64,000 nucleotides of DNA from Phoronis australis. Its lineage: Eukaryota; Animalia; Phoronida. Below the pieces are notes generated by a model. The model was not told where the DNA came from. It did no database searches and was given only the letters and a program-made list of their open reading frames with translations. Positions 1 to 12,262 of the stretch are shown here, piece by piece. Both the position numbers and the translations under genes were made by a program. The stretch covers positions 503,015-567,014 of the forward strand of contig NMRA01000218.1 in NCBI GenBank assembly GCA_002633005.1, read 5' to 3'. How positions within the stretch are numbered: position 1 is the first letter of the stretch; every line of letters begins with the position of its first letter.

Positions 1-761
1 TTAGACATCTGGTTAACGCCCAGACTACATAGGTCCTACAAAACTTTAACCAGCTCCCTCTTTCAAAATCTGATACAGTGCGTTTGGCTATGCTCAAGTT
101 CGAAGCTGAAAATTTGATCTCTTCAATATTTAGAACCGCAACCTTAAATTGACTGAACTAAAGGAAACGTGAATGGCTTAGAATAGCTGAGAAGATTTGT
201 CTGCAACAGCGTTAATATATTTTCGAAATGGATTTTAATTTAAATTCCATGTAAGGAAAGGACCGACTTTACAACCATCCAATTCTTTTCAAATTCCTCA
301 TCATGAATCAATTCTTCCATTGAACAATGTGCGTCAAGCTATGCAATAAAACTGCAAATAATAACAAGCTGTATTCACATGAGGATCTTAGAACATTTCA
401 GCAAAATCGTTTTAAGTAAAAGTATTCTAAATTCCTCATGTTAAACCAAAGACTTTAGCTGGAACAATTTATAGCCTGTCACGCACAAGCTTTATAACGC
501 TTTTCCCAACGAAAAAGAGAGATTGCTCACATAAATGTTTTGACTGATGTCACATTGCACAAATAAATACTGCTAGTAATATTTAATACAACAATTAGCA
601 CCAGCCATTAAACTCCATTAACACGTTTTAGTAACGCCATCAAGCTTGTCAATGTGAACAGAGCGCATTTTTAGTTAAAACTTTCCAGCTAAAGCGTTTT
701 AATTTCATGGTCATTTGAAAAACCACAATCCTCCATCATTAAATGCCCAAGCATAGCATAC

Positions 762-894
762 CTCCCAGGTCATCATCTTCTTCTTCCATTTCTCGTTTCA
801 TTCGTTCAAGTTCCTCATTGGCTCTTCGTACATCGTCCTGCAGCTGTTCGTCCATTACGTCGTTAGCATTGTTATTGTTCTGCGACATCTTGTC
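762..894 (-). CDS. Internal coding exon of an unidentified minus-strand gene (DKMSQNNNNANDVMDEQLQDDVRRANEELERMKREMEEEDDDLG; coiled-coil/acidic); the gene continues left of the window
   Basis: On the minus strand: acceptor ttacag, 133-nt open frame (phase 0 in, phase 1 out), donor G|gtatgc. Protein-like composition. Family not recognised. Confidence 0.75.
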
Positions 895-2406
895 CTGTAA
901 TTGCCGGGGAAGACACAGCCAAGATTATTGTAAGGATACTCCAAAGTAGAGATATATTACGAACAACGTCACTAAGAATAAATAATTCACAGCTTAAGCC
1001 CATTAAAACTCTCTAAATAATAAATTTGCCTAGCAACACGAAAATGTGTTATTTCCACATTTATTAACGCATTAAACTTTCAAGTTTCAACTCCACGTTA
1101 TTTAAATAATTTTGACACAGAGCATTGTTTGCTGATTATCTAAATCTTATTAACCTTCTGATTTCCTTTGGAATGACTTCACTTTGATTCCAACGAGCTT
1201 CCTAAAGTATTCCAGCAAGAGTGCTTTGTTTGCATTCGTTGCGTGAAATTAAACTTAAAATGTTTTCAAATTTAAAACCCATTAAACAGTAGGTTTAGCT
1301 AGAATTCCTTAAGGCAAAACTTTCAAATTTCATCGTGAGAAAACTTTGTTTGTTTCAGCATTTACTACGAGCATTTTTCCGCTTTGAAAGAGTGCCCATC
1401 AACTCATTCGAAAATGTCACATCAGGCAAATACATGCGAGTGCAGCACAATAACATGCGAGTGCAGCACAATAACATTTCATTTGAGAATTGGCAGCTGC
1501 CGTTTAGCTGTGTTAATGCATTTGAAATATGAAAGTATTCTGCATGAAAAGAATATATTTTTAAGATCGCAAACTGTTGACTCAAATATTTTAGCTAAAA
1601 ATTCATGAATTTATGATTGCGTAAATCCATCTTGGGACAATCTGTCGCTAAACTGTGTTTAAAAATTAGCAATATGAAAATTTCGGTGTGAACAGAATGA
1701 GTTTTTACGTTAATCTGTTTTGGCTCGAATATTTACCTAAAAGTAAAAATTTGTGCTCGTATGAATCCTTTAGACAATTCTACAGTACACTTTATGCAAG
1801 ATTTCTCCACTCAATCATCTGTGGTCAAAACATTAAAGGTGGGAACCCAAGGACCAACATTGTTTTATGCTTTTTGCCAAAACGATAAAAAATAAGTTCA
1901 GCACAATCTTTGTAGGCATATTTTAAAGATCACTTGTTTGATAAATATTTGTTGTGCATGAACTTTTTCTGAACAGATAATCATACTAAATTCATCAATC
2001 CTATTTATTAGATAATGGTACTTAAGCCTCCTTATCAAAAACCCTTAGGCAGATTTCACTAGAACATGAATTAGTTTTGGAAGTTTAACTCTACAGGTGA
2101 ACCTGAGAACTAACCGTATCCCTGATGATCGTGCAGTCAATTATTATACAAAAAAGCCTTTCCACCACAGACCATATAACAGCGATAGTCTTGAGTCATG
2201 ATACATTATCAAAAGGGCTTCAGTTAACTACAAACAATTCACCTCAACGTATGTTTAAAACTAGAGTTTCCTTAGATCCAATGCATGTTTCTCCTACTTA
2301 CAAAAAAAAGTAATTGTTTTCCGGGATTACAAGCTCGCACTTGATGAAATACGAGAGCACCTCAATGTTACAATATTGCAAATCAAACAAAACCCCACGC
2401 ATTTAC

Positions 2407-2450
2407 CGGACATTGATCTACAAGTTCAACTTGTCCTTCCCCCTGGTAAC
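2407..2450 (-). CDS. Candidate small exon of the minus-strand gene ((G)YQGEGQVELVDQCP)
   Basis: tttgttag acceptor and CCG|gtaaat donor; 44 nt, phase 1 to phase 0; in frame with exon 762-894 and with the ATG exon at 2733-2745. Confidence 0.45.
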
Positions 2451-2732
2451 CTAACAAACCAACACACACACAGGCAATACACACAGGCAATACACCAGTG
2501 AGATGGGAATGAGAAGCCTATGTAAACTATAGAGATGACATCTCATTACAGAGTTAATATTGACAGTAACCAAACCAAACTGAACTTTACCGCCACTTGT
2601 GGGCACTGTATATGAAATCCATGTAATATTGAAATGACAGTCACACATATATGCATCCAATTGTATGCCCCAGGGCAAAGAATTGGATTGTCTCCACAGG
2701 CATTACAACATATGCCATATAATTCAACTTAC

Positions 2733-2745
2733 CCAGTAAGCACAT
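2733..2745 (-). CDS. Candidate alternative start exon (MCLL-G) of the minus-strand gene
   Basis: ATG TGC TTA CTG G|gtaagt, a consensus donor in phase 1 that matches the 2407-2450 exon. Confidence 0.35.
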
Positions 2746-4561
2746 ACAAGAGGCACTAACAAGACCTCTATGACCCTTGGCAACACTTGGCTGAGTTGTA
2801 TTCAGCTCTGATCAAGAGGGGCTCTAGTACACAAACATACCTGATCCACTGTCACACTATATACCAACACACTTGGCAAGGAATTACTAACCAACCAATT
2901 AATAGTTTTTAGTGCTGCTAGCACCATTTAAATCATAAGCCTTAAGTTAATTGCATTTATCGTGTTGGTTATCGTGAAGGAACTTGAGAAGCTAAAGTTG
3001 CTAAGGATATTTTACGTTAAGCCTTCAACTATTGATGAAAAATACAAACCATAAATTTGTCATGATAGGCACAGTGACGACAAAGGTTCTAATTGTCAAT
3101 GAGTGGTCTGCTAGTGCCTAAAGTAAATATGACATTCAAGGCTTTCAATGAACGGTGTAGATATAACAAGAAGGAGCCTGAAAGAAACTTATAGTGCTGA
3201 TACAAGATATAGAACAAACAAGGACAGGAAAAGATAAAAGTGTGCTTGGAAGGTGAAAAAGTAGTTATAGGTAAACATGTCCTTCAAGGGCTCCTTCATG
3301 TATCAAAGTACATTTAGCTAGGAAGACCAGGTTAAAAATTAATTAAGGCGATATGAATACTAGGTCACAATAATGGGAACAAGAAGATAAGCAAATGGGC
3401 GTGAGGTTTGAAAATGATTGGCCAGGAAGTACTGCATCATTGCTGTTCAACTAATATCAGACACAGAAATATGCCCTTACGAATTGCTTAGACGTCTACA
3501 TCTAACAAAAAACACAGATAATCTGACAAATTCCTCATCACTGAGTTCATAGATGTATGTTTCACAATTGCACATTTGCTCTTGCACTAATTTGTGCCAT
3601 GTCTTAAAACTTGTCGTTAAGACAACTTGGTGATCTTTTGACTTCGCGGCCATTTTGTGTTTTCACTAGAGGAGCCCTTTTGGACTTGTGGAGAAATGCC
3701 AGTTTATTGTTCCCTCAACCCCTTCATGCAAAGGTTAGGCTAATGAATACTATACGACTTAGGGTGCAGTGATTGAAAAAACCTGATGTTGGATAGTGCA
3801 TATTTCATACGAAAGCCATTTTTTATGACTGGCTTTGCACAGAACTAAATTTGGATAAAACCAAACTTGAAAATATACTGCTTGAAACACAGCAATTCAT
3901 CATGTTGGAAATAAACATCCCACTCTTGCTTAATGCTACAGAAAATTTCTATATCCAGTTAATTCCACTATACATTAAACACCTAGCTAGTGTCTTAAAG
4001 CATTAAATTCACCATGGTCTGTATTACTCGATTGTTCAACAGAAAAAAACATAGATAATAGAAAGAAACTTGTAAGACAACTCTTTGTAATAAGCCAAAA
4101 CTCCAACTTGAGATACGTTTGATAATTGTTTATTTTTAACAAGTTTCACATCAATTTGAAGGTAAATAACATGGTAAAATTATTGAAATTATCTTAATTT
4201 CTAATCTTGGTCAACTAACCACCACTAACACTGTCACTGGCTCCATGTTCAGAATATAAACTCGTTGCCATGGGGGCAGAACAGAATCAAACAAAAAGTC
4301 AGTAATCAAAAGCACACAGCATATACTACTTTAATTTTAGAAGAAATTGAGGCATGCTTACAACACACATTTTAGTTTTCATTAGATAAAAAGGCAGAGA
4401 AAAGGAGTACGCACAGGTTATATTAATTAGCCCATTTTGCGTCTCGTACTTTGTTTTATCAACATGTACCACAAGAGTACAGTTATAAAAACACTTCACA
4501 TAATTGTATCTAACAAATGACACCAGTAACCCAAACAGATGCATAAAAGAGAAATATTTAC

Positions 4562-4615
4562 CTTAGAAATGTCGTTGTCCACTTGGCTACTCTCCTTGGA
4601 AGGTTCAATGGCCAT
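4562..4615 (-). CDS. Candidate alternative start exon (MAIEPSKESSQVDNDISK) of the minus-strand gene
   Basis: Acceptor tttgtttggcag at 4621-4622, then TTAAA-ATGG (good Kozak context), 18 codons, AAG|gtaaat donor in phase 0 matching exon 762-894. Confidence 0.5.
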
Positions 4616-6363
4616 TTTAACTGCCAAACAAACAAACAAACAAATAAAAATGCCTTCCACATGAAACTTTCAACGTAAAATTTGAATTTAACTAATCTAA
4701 TACACCATTGGTCTACCAATGCCTGTCCAGGTGAATTCTTGGAAGACATTTGTTCATTGCTACTTGTGGAAATTGTTAAATAAGAGAAGAAAATTTGGTT
4801 ATTGGTACATAACAGGAAGGGACGCACCAGCACAATTTCTTCTTTTTTTGTAAATTCTTGGCATCTTAAACCCATTATCAATTAGAATGAAAGATGTAAG
4901 AACAAGAATTATGTAAACTCTGTTCACAACTGTATGAATATTGCACTGCCAAATTAATTCAGTTTGGTTTCATGAAAGTCCTTTACTTCACTGAATATCA
5001 AATTGAAAAATTCCATTTAGTTCAATGTAGATTTCTAACTCTCTGATCTCGATAAAAGACGAAAAACAAAAATTTGCAACAATTACTACAGAGTTGAAAA
5101 TTTACAATCTCAGGTATGTACACCTAATGTAAGGAAAATAACTATAGAAAACTACAGTTGGTCACTGAACACAAATGTGTACACCCCTTGAGATTCATAA
5201 GACAAACATTGTTTTATTTTTAAAATGTCAGAAAATGTTATTGAAAGTGGAGCCAGTTTATATTACATCATCTATAGCATACAGTACGTCTCAGATTCTT
5301 CAACTCACAATCAGCTGAGTCATTAGTGGACAGAACTTCGCCAACAAACATGTTTCATTATCACATGAAGTAATTCATTGAAGAATTGAATCATAAAACA
5401 ATCCGATTGGGATGGTGTCTAAATGAGGGAGACATAAAAATCAAACCTTTATCATTACCATTTTTCATGAATACCTTGTGGCCTCTGAATGCTTTGTCTC
5501 AGATAAAACAGCAAAAAATACTAATACATACACCTCTATACAGAGTATGACAATACCATCAACTAAATGAAGAAAAATAAGGAAATAAACGACAAAAATA
5601 ATAACTAAGGCGATTAAAATAGTGAAAATTACTAAGAATAGACAAGTAAAAGATTTAGAAAGAGACCAAGCCCCAAGCTCAGCCTCAATCAAGGCTCAAG
5701 AGTCAAGTCAAAGCAAAGCAAAAGACGCCGTGAGAGTTACGTTCTAGGTTTCCAGTAAAAAGGGAAATCTTTGTTTATAGAGTAACATGTTAAAAATGCA
5801 TCAAATACTAACCTCGACATTAGGATATCATTCCTTCGCTATAGTTCAATACACATTAACCACAATATATTCGCCCATAAACCCGCAATGAAATACACAA
5901 TCACGCCGTTGTTTTGTTACGGCTTCCTAGGACACAGGGAGTCACCTTCAAACACAAACAACAGCTTCGTATTTAGTAAATTATATTATAATTTTTCTGG
6001 TGGGGGGTGTTTGGGTATTAAAATTTGATTTTAGGCAAATCAGTCATGTTGTGTATTAAGATAACTATAATATCTTGCTCCAGGGTGTAACAATGAACAA
6101 CGATAAAATAGTCAATAATTTGTCGATACAAAGCTTCGCGTTAATCTATCGTTGCGACTCTAAGTGAGGTATATTTCACTGCAAAACAACATGCAAAGTA
6201 ATATTGCTCATTTTGATCAAGTTTTATAAGATCATGGTCATCCCAGATTGCTAATTATTGAGCAATTTTCTTAGAAATGTATATAATTTGAAATGTGGCC
6301 TTTGTTGATGCTACCCTTGAACGTGTTATGTTCGGCTCGGTCAAGATGTTTTGCGGTCTGCTG

Positions 6364-6624
6364 NNNNNNNNNNNNNNNNNNNNNNNNNNNNNNNNNNNNN
6401 NNNNNNNNNNNNNNNNNNNNNNNNNNNNNNNNNNNNNNNNNNNNNNNNNNNNNNNNNNNNNNNNNNNNNNNNNNNNNNNNNNNNNNNNNNNNNNNNNNNN
6501 NNNNNNNNNNNNNNNNNNNNNNNNNNNNNNNNNNNNNNNNNNNNNNNNNNNNNNNNNNNNNNNNNNNNNNNNNNNNNNNNNNNNNNNNNNNNNNNNNNNN
6601 NNNNNNNNNNNNNNNNNNNNNNNN
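6364..6624. other. Assembly gap (261 N)
   Basis: Run of n in the sequence. Confidence 1.
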
Positions 6625-6718
6625 AAATTCGAAAACATCTTCTGAAAACGCACAAAAAAGTGTATTAGTAAAATCTACTGATTTTTAAGTGGTTTTAAAA
6701 AACAATCGGTAAACTCAC

Positions 6719-6733
6719 CGATTTTTGTCTCAT
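6719..6733 (-). CDS. Candidate first exon (MRQKS) of the minus-strand gene
   Basis: ATG AGA CAA AAA TCG|gtgagt, consensus donor in phase 0, next to the CpG-rich promoter. Confidence 0.4.
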
Positions 6734-6845
6734 TACTTTGATACGTGTCTCTTCCGATAAGTTAGTACCTAACGTGCAGACGAGAACTCCAAATTGGAAC
6801 GCTAAGTCCCGCGTGGTTGCGCTGCACGCGAAACAAGATGGCGGA
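6734..6845. promoter_or_regulatory. Probable bidirectional CpG-rich promoter with a YY1-type CAAGATGGCG motif over the plus-strand ATG
   Basis: Locally CpG-rich (gcgtggttgcgctgcacgcg); lies between oppositely oriented ATG+donor exons; CAAGATGGCG at 6834-6843. Confidence 0.5.
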
Positions 6846-6871
6846 CGAACTTTGGAGCCTGACGAAAATAG
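6838..6871 (+). CDS. PRDX4: Candidate first coding exon of peroxiredoxin-4 (MADELWSLTKI-V), no signal peptide
   Basis: aagATGG Kozak context, in-frame upstream stop, ATAG|gtaact donor in phase 1; splices in frame to 12263 to give [21 protein letters not shown]. Confidence 0.5.
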
Positions 6872-6889
6872 GTAACTGGACGATATGTA

Positions 6890-8458
6890 CTACAAGGTAT
6901 GACACTCCGGACTAGAAATTCCATGGGTGCTTCACTTCAGCCGTCCATAGCAAACACAAAACTCTATAAATTTACACTACACAGGGGTTCAACAAACCAT
7001 GGGCCATGCCCATGGGGAATTGTTCTTTCTGCCAATAACATTTAAAGTGTCCTGCTCCACCAAGTTCGCAACAAATTCACGGTCAAAGCACAAAAATATT
7101 CTCAAAAAATTGCTGCACACTAGCACTATGCTTCACACGGTCATGGTCAAGTAGGTTATGGAATTTCAATAATCCAATGAGTTACGAATCGCTGGCAATT
7201 GCCGGTTCACCACGGAAGGTAGGCAATGACCATCGCCTCTGTTGGCCCGAAGCAGAGGCGATGCAGAGGCTATAGGCGCTCTGTACGCCGGCAGCTTCTC
7301 GGCGAATTATGCCTTGCACCGACTAAACCATCAAAGTCACGTTGTTATAAATACCTTTTGCACATAGAAGAACACCTGAGGAGGTTGTCGATGTGTTTAA
7401 TTCCTTCCAACTCGAACAAATACTCCCGTTATGAAACTTTTTCTTCGAGCAGTCCCTATTTCAGTTCCCAAAATCGTGAAATCAACTTTTTCAATTTTGA
7501 ACCAGGCCGAAGGTCAGAAGTTGCGGACCTACCGGCGAACTTTGAAAGCTGAAGTTCCTGCCCTTCGCGTACGTGCTGCCGGGAACCAGCCGTGCATTTG
7601 CCGTGTTGCAAATATGTGCACAAAGACTATTAAATGTCATATCAACAGCATTTATTTTTATCAAATACAAACAATGATTCATTGAAATACAATACAATCA
7701 GTTTCAAGTAACGCCAATTAAAGACAAGTATAAGTGTTGGCATTTTGGAAACAAACATTTGACTGACAAGACCGCAATGGCTCACCTTTGGCCTATTTAA
7801 AGATTGAGCTCATGAATTCACATCACCTAGCGAGCGCGGTAAAAATTGGAGCGTGCACAGTATAAAAATGGTGAGTTCACAATTTTGGGATCTGAAATAG
7901 GGACTGCTCGAAGAAAAAGTTTGATAATGGGAGTATTTGTTCGAGTTGGAAGGAATTAAACACATCGACAACCTCCTCAGGTGTTCCTCTATGCTCAAAA
8001 GGTATTTATAACAACGTGACTTTGATTGTTTAGTCAGTGCGAGGCATAATTCGCCGAAAAGCTTCCGGCGTACAGAGCGCCTATAGCCTCTGCATCGCCT
8101 CTGCATCGCCTCTGCTTCGGGCCAACAGAGGCGATGGTCATTGCCTACACGGAAGGTTACGAAATGGTCTGTGGCTAAGTGGAGTTTTTGATGTCATGAC
8201 CTTCCGTGACAAACCGGAAATTTCTGTGTAGCATATTGCTGGTGTGCAGCGACTTTTTAGGAAGATTTTTGTGCTTTGATGCGAATTTGTTGCGAACTCG
8301 GTGGAGCTGGACACTGTAAATGGTATTGGGAGAAAGAACATTTTCTCATCTTTTGTTGAACTTCTGTTTTTTGAAAATTTATTGAGTTTTGTGTTTGCTA
8401 TGGACGACTGAAGTTAAGCGCCTGTGGAATTTCTAGTCACGAGTGTCATACCTTGTAG
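6890..8458. mobile_element. Non-autonomous foldback DNA transposon with about 250-bp imperfect TIRs, flanked by TA (Tc1/mariner-like)
   Basis: Left end CTACAAGGTATGACACTC...CTAGAAATTCCA...GTCCATAGCAAACACAAAACTC is the reverse complement of 8225-8458; TA at 6888-6889 and 8459-8460. Confidence 0.85.
7220..8147. mobile_element. Nested 928-bp non-autonomous element with about 270-bp TIRs and a 9-bp TSD (Mutator/MULE-like)
   Basis: TIR TAGGCAATGACCATCGCCTCTGTTGGCCCGAAGCAGAGGCGATG at both ends; exact direct repeat CACGGAAGG at 7211-7219 and 8148-8156. Confidence 0.9.
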
Positions 8459-11400
8459 TATATTATATAGTGTATTGGGGACGATCAGAAGCTGAGGACG
8501 CCTGTGGGGGGGGGGGTTATTCTAAATCAGAAAAAATAGGCAGTCAGACATAGAACTACCTTTAATTAGGATTTATTACTTGGTTGGGCACTACTGCCTT
8601 CCGTAACACTACAAGATGGGGCAAGGGGTGAGTAGGTAGTACATAGTATATACCGCATACACCTGAAGATTTCCTGAACCTTACCAGTGATGTTTCACAG
8701 TTTCAGTTTCACTCTACTGATCAACTGGTACTCTTAGACCTTAGACAGTACCATCACCATCTCAACTGGCCCAATGCAGTGGCATTAAGAACTGCTACTC
8801 ACATGTGTTGGCACCCCTTGCATTTTTTGCAAGTTGCGGTTTTCAAAGAAATTTGACAGAATGTGGAATGTTTATCACCTTCATGTGCGCACCCAGGCAA
8901 TTGCATCACCTTGGATGCTGCAGGTATACAGGGGCAATTGTACATCCCATGAAAAGTTACGCATTTCAAAATACAGCAAATAAAATCAAATGAACCATAC
9001 ATATTGGGACATGGAGTTACAATTAACACATACCATGACTCTGGCTACAATTTAATCAGCATAACTTAAACATATCCATGAAAATCTTTCACGGTTTGCT
9101 CGAGTTTCTATTACCGGGTGTAGTTTTGAGGAAGTTACGTGAAATAACACATGTTGGCGAATAAAAAGTCCAAGGGATATAAATCTTACAAATTTCACCT
9201 GATACCTTCTCATGCTATTTTGCAAGTGTCACGTGCCAGCATCACGCACTTTGTTCAGTCTCGCTCTAGCCTTTGCCTAACTCACAAGTTGAAATACTTC
9301 ATGGTTATCGCGCACGTGGTGAAAAAGTTAACGGTGGAGTTGGAATTCTTCGCCAAGGTCACCTTAATTCTCGTAATTAAGCATAATTGAAGATATATTG
9401 AGAAGTAGAAAGGACCACTGAAGAAAGTAAGCGCGGAATATATTTTGACTAGATGAAAACTCTTAATCGGTGACCGGATTTGGCCTGCCGCCCATTTAAA
9501 ATACACTGGACGAAATTCGTACAGAAAGCGATGGGACGTATTGTAGCCCCTAACCGGCCAACCGAGGGGCTACGTGTTGCCTAGCACGCACCCAGCCTAA
9601 AGAATGGGGTGCTCAAATTTTTGAGAATTTGGAACTTTTACTAAAAAAACGGGTTGCGTTCAGAGCTCTATGAATTATGGAGTTTATGTAGTTCCTGCAT
9701 TTTTAGTGGACTTTTGTCTCATTTTCTACTTTTTGCACTATTTGGGCAAAATTGGGTTCCAAGGTTTAACAACCTTGCGGAACATGTCTGTAAATAACTA
9801 TTTACGTGTGTAGCCCAATGCCACAGTAGAGATGGTAGTGATCCTTTTGGTTCTCCATACATTGAAAGCTTTTTGGTAAATTATGTCTCTCACTGATTAA
9901 AACCTCAAAGTCATTCAATGTTGGCTTCGTTCAGTTAAATGCTTAAATCAGAAATCGACCATTTTTACACTCCTCGCAATTGGGGATATGACATTAATTA
10001 GTGTTTCCCCTGGGTTTCGAAAGGAGAATGATAGTGAAGGATCTCCCAGCGATACAAAGTATGGGAAATGGGTTTGACCATTGCCTGGTCTTCAAAAGGA
10101 TCATCGTGGTGAATGGTAGCAGCGAATGCAGAGCCCAACGCCGCAATAAAGTGTGATTTCAGTCCAAGGCCCTCAATCCCTCGACTTTGAGGCTCACCAT
10201 CGGCCCCATTCCCCTCTGAAATTAAAAAGCACGCAAAATTCCCTAAAATTTCCCTCAAGCAATTAAAAAATTCGCCTAATGGTTGGACTCACTTGTTACT
10301 CATACATGATACAGTTGATGATTTAAACAACACAAAATGTTATGTTTTGGCTACTTGAGGCAGAGCCTATGAGGGCTAGCGAAAGGGATGAGGGTGTTAT
10401 TGACAGCTGCCCAGGAGAAGAATTTTCCCTTACTGCAAAAAATTCTCCTATCAGAAGGCACAGGCACTTTTCTCCTCAGGTGAACGAGTGCCCTGTCAGT
10501 TCATGAAGAGTTTTGTATCATTCTAACATATTTTGATCACCAAATAGTTTGCATTTGGAAGCAGACACCCTGGACAGTATAAAAATTCTACGCAACTAAA
10601 ACCCATTGAGATAATTTGTTTTAACATGTATGCAACCTTGCAGAAGAAGGGCAGTTGATTGAAGAATGAGCAAAAAAGAAATTAGCCAATAGGTGACGCT
10701 TTTCTCTGTGAAGCTGGAAGCTGATGCTAAGATCGTACCACAAGTGTAGTAGCCAAAAGTGTAGATGAACACCTTTGGAAGCAATCATTGTCTTTAATCC
10801 TTCCAACTCAATCAAATACTACTCATCATTCTGTCAATCAAACTGAATCCCGAACGCCTTTACAGTCAATGCGCTCATGGTCAAACGGAAATGTACTGAG
10901 GGCTATTGGGAGGTCATCGATCTGTTAGCCATGTCAACAGGTGCCAGCACTGATGGTTGACCTGTCTAGTACCATTAGAGCACAGAGATTACTTAGTAGA
11001 GACAAGAGCGAGGGACATATCAGGTTCAGCTTCAGACTGACTCACGGGGAACTCATTGTCTTTTAAATACGCCCAATTCGAAGAAATACTAGGAAAACAA
11101 GAAATGCAAATAGCAAAACCTATCATTTGAGACTGTTTTTGTGTCGTTTTGTTTAAATTGGCATTTTGGGTTTCTCACCCTGATAATTTCGGGTGCAAAA
11201 AAGGATGTGAAAAAATTTTCTTCTCTCCCGTCTAACTCCGCAATTACAGACCTGTATCTGTTAAGGATGCGATCAGTCTTCTTGTTTTTGGATGGATGTG
11301 ATGTGTTCTGCACCACCTACTGGTGTCTGCCAAACTACTCTGAGGATGTTATTGCTTTGCTATAAATCAATGTTGCAAATTTCTCCATTTTCAATTAATA

Positions 11401-11999
11401 ATGTGAAATTCTCCAAATCAGGCGATGATCTTCTTCATCAACTCTCGTATTGTTATGATAGACTTCCAATCTCTACATGTAATGCAAGACTTACCGTATA
11501 GGCAGCCAATCGCACTGCCTCCATGGCATATTGTTGCATGTAGCGACTAATCAACAATCTACCATATGAATGGTTCACTTTGGTTGGGGGTTCACCTCAC
11601 TGATCATTCAAACTGATTCACACAATACTAGACCTGAGCACAAATGCCCCATTATTCATAAACAAGTTCTCATTAGATGAAAGGTTGACAACAGAAAATT
11701 ACCTAATTATCCTGTGAGTGCTGTTATTATGCAATCCTTGCATCCGCAGTAATTGTGTTCTGATGATAACGAGACCTCTTCCCTTTGTGGTACTCCATAG
11801 TAGGACACATGCCATTCATTAAAACTACCGAACTCCTAAGTCTCTAAAAAGCAAATATTTTGAGCTGCATAATCAAGACAGGTGTGATAACAAATATTGA
11901 GAGTTTCTACTACATATGTTAAATATTGATTACTTTATCAAAATAGGTCAAAAAGTGTCTTATTTTTCATCTAGTTCAATGAGGGTCTGTACCCACACA

Positions 12000-12082
12000 A
12001 GGGTCCCTCATTTTGAGAACCAGTTTTCTCCACTGAGTAATGGACATCAAACTGGTTCTCAAAGTTTTGCGACCCCCTTTAA
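12000..12082 (-). repeat. Short interspersed repeat fragment beginning TTAAAGGGG, with an internal TTGAGAACCAGTTT inverted repeat; related copy at about 33768-33848 (+)
   Basis: The reverse complement of this stretch aligns by eye with 33768-33848. Confidence 0.5.
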
Positions 12083-12262
12083 GTGGCTATTGCAGCATGA
12101 CTGAACATGCTTTCTTCACCATTTTATAAGTGAATAATTGATTGTGTTTTCTAATATTCATTCACAAAACAGCAATAGTAGCTGAAATGGAACTACATTA
12201 GAAATCTGACGAATCTGGCTATTTACTAAATTAACTTTGATTTTCTCCGTTTCTAATTCCAG

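Noticed and set aside
1429-1476. 21-bp tandem duplication (ACATGCGAGTGCAGCACAATA x2) producing repeated peptides in three ORFs
   Set aside because: Simple local duplication; the ORFs lack splice or protein support.
5465-5692. Very hydrophobic minus-strand ORF resembling a transmembrane protein
   Set aside because: TTG start directly after a stop; T-rich composition explains the hydrophobicity; its phase-2 donor does not fit the downstream exons.
6255-6688. ORFs containing long X runs
   Set aside because: Artefacts of the N gap.
7226-8106. Two near-identical ORFs on opposite strands (QRRCRGYRRSVRR...)
   Set aside because: Mirror translations of the TIRs of the 7220-8147 element; no transposase motif.
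8805-10096. Peptides loosely like the Prx4 N-terminal extension (CRYTGAIVHP at 8805-8993; GFDHCLVFKRII near 10070)
   Set aside because: No ATG or signal peptide and poor or missing splice sites; similarity too weak.
11495-11539. Minus-strand ATG exon MQQYAMEAVRLAAYT with a gtaagt donor in phase 0, inside PRDX4 intron 1
   Set aside because: Frame-compatible with the minus-strand gene, but no promoter-like context, and such short matches are expected by chance.
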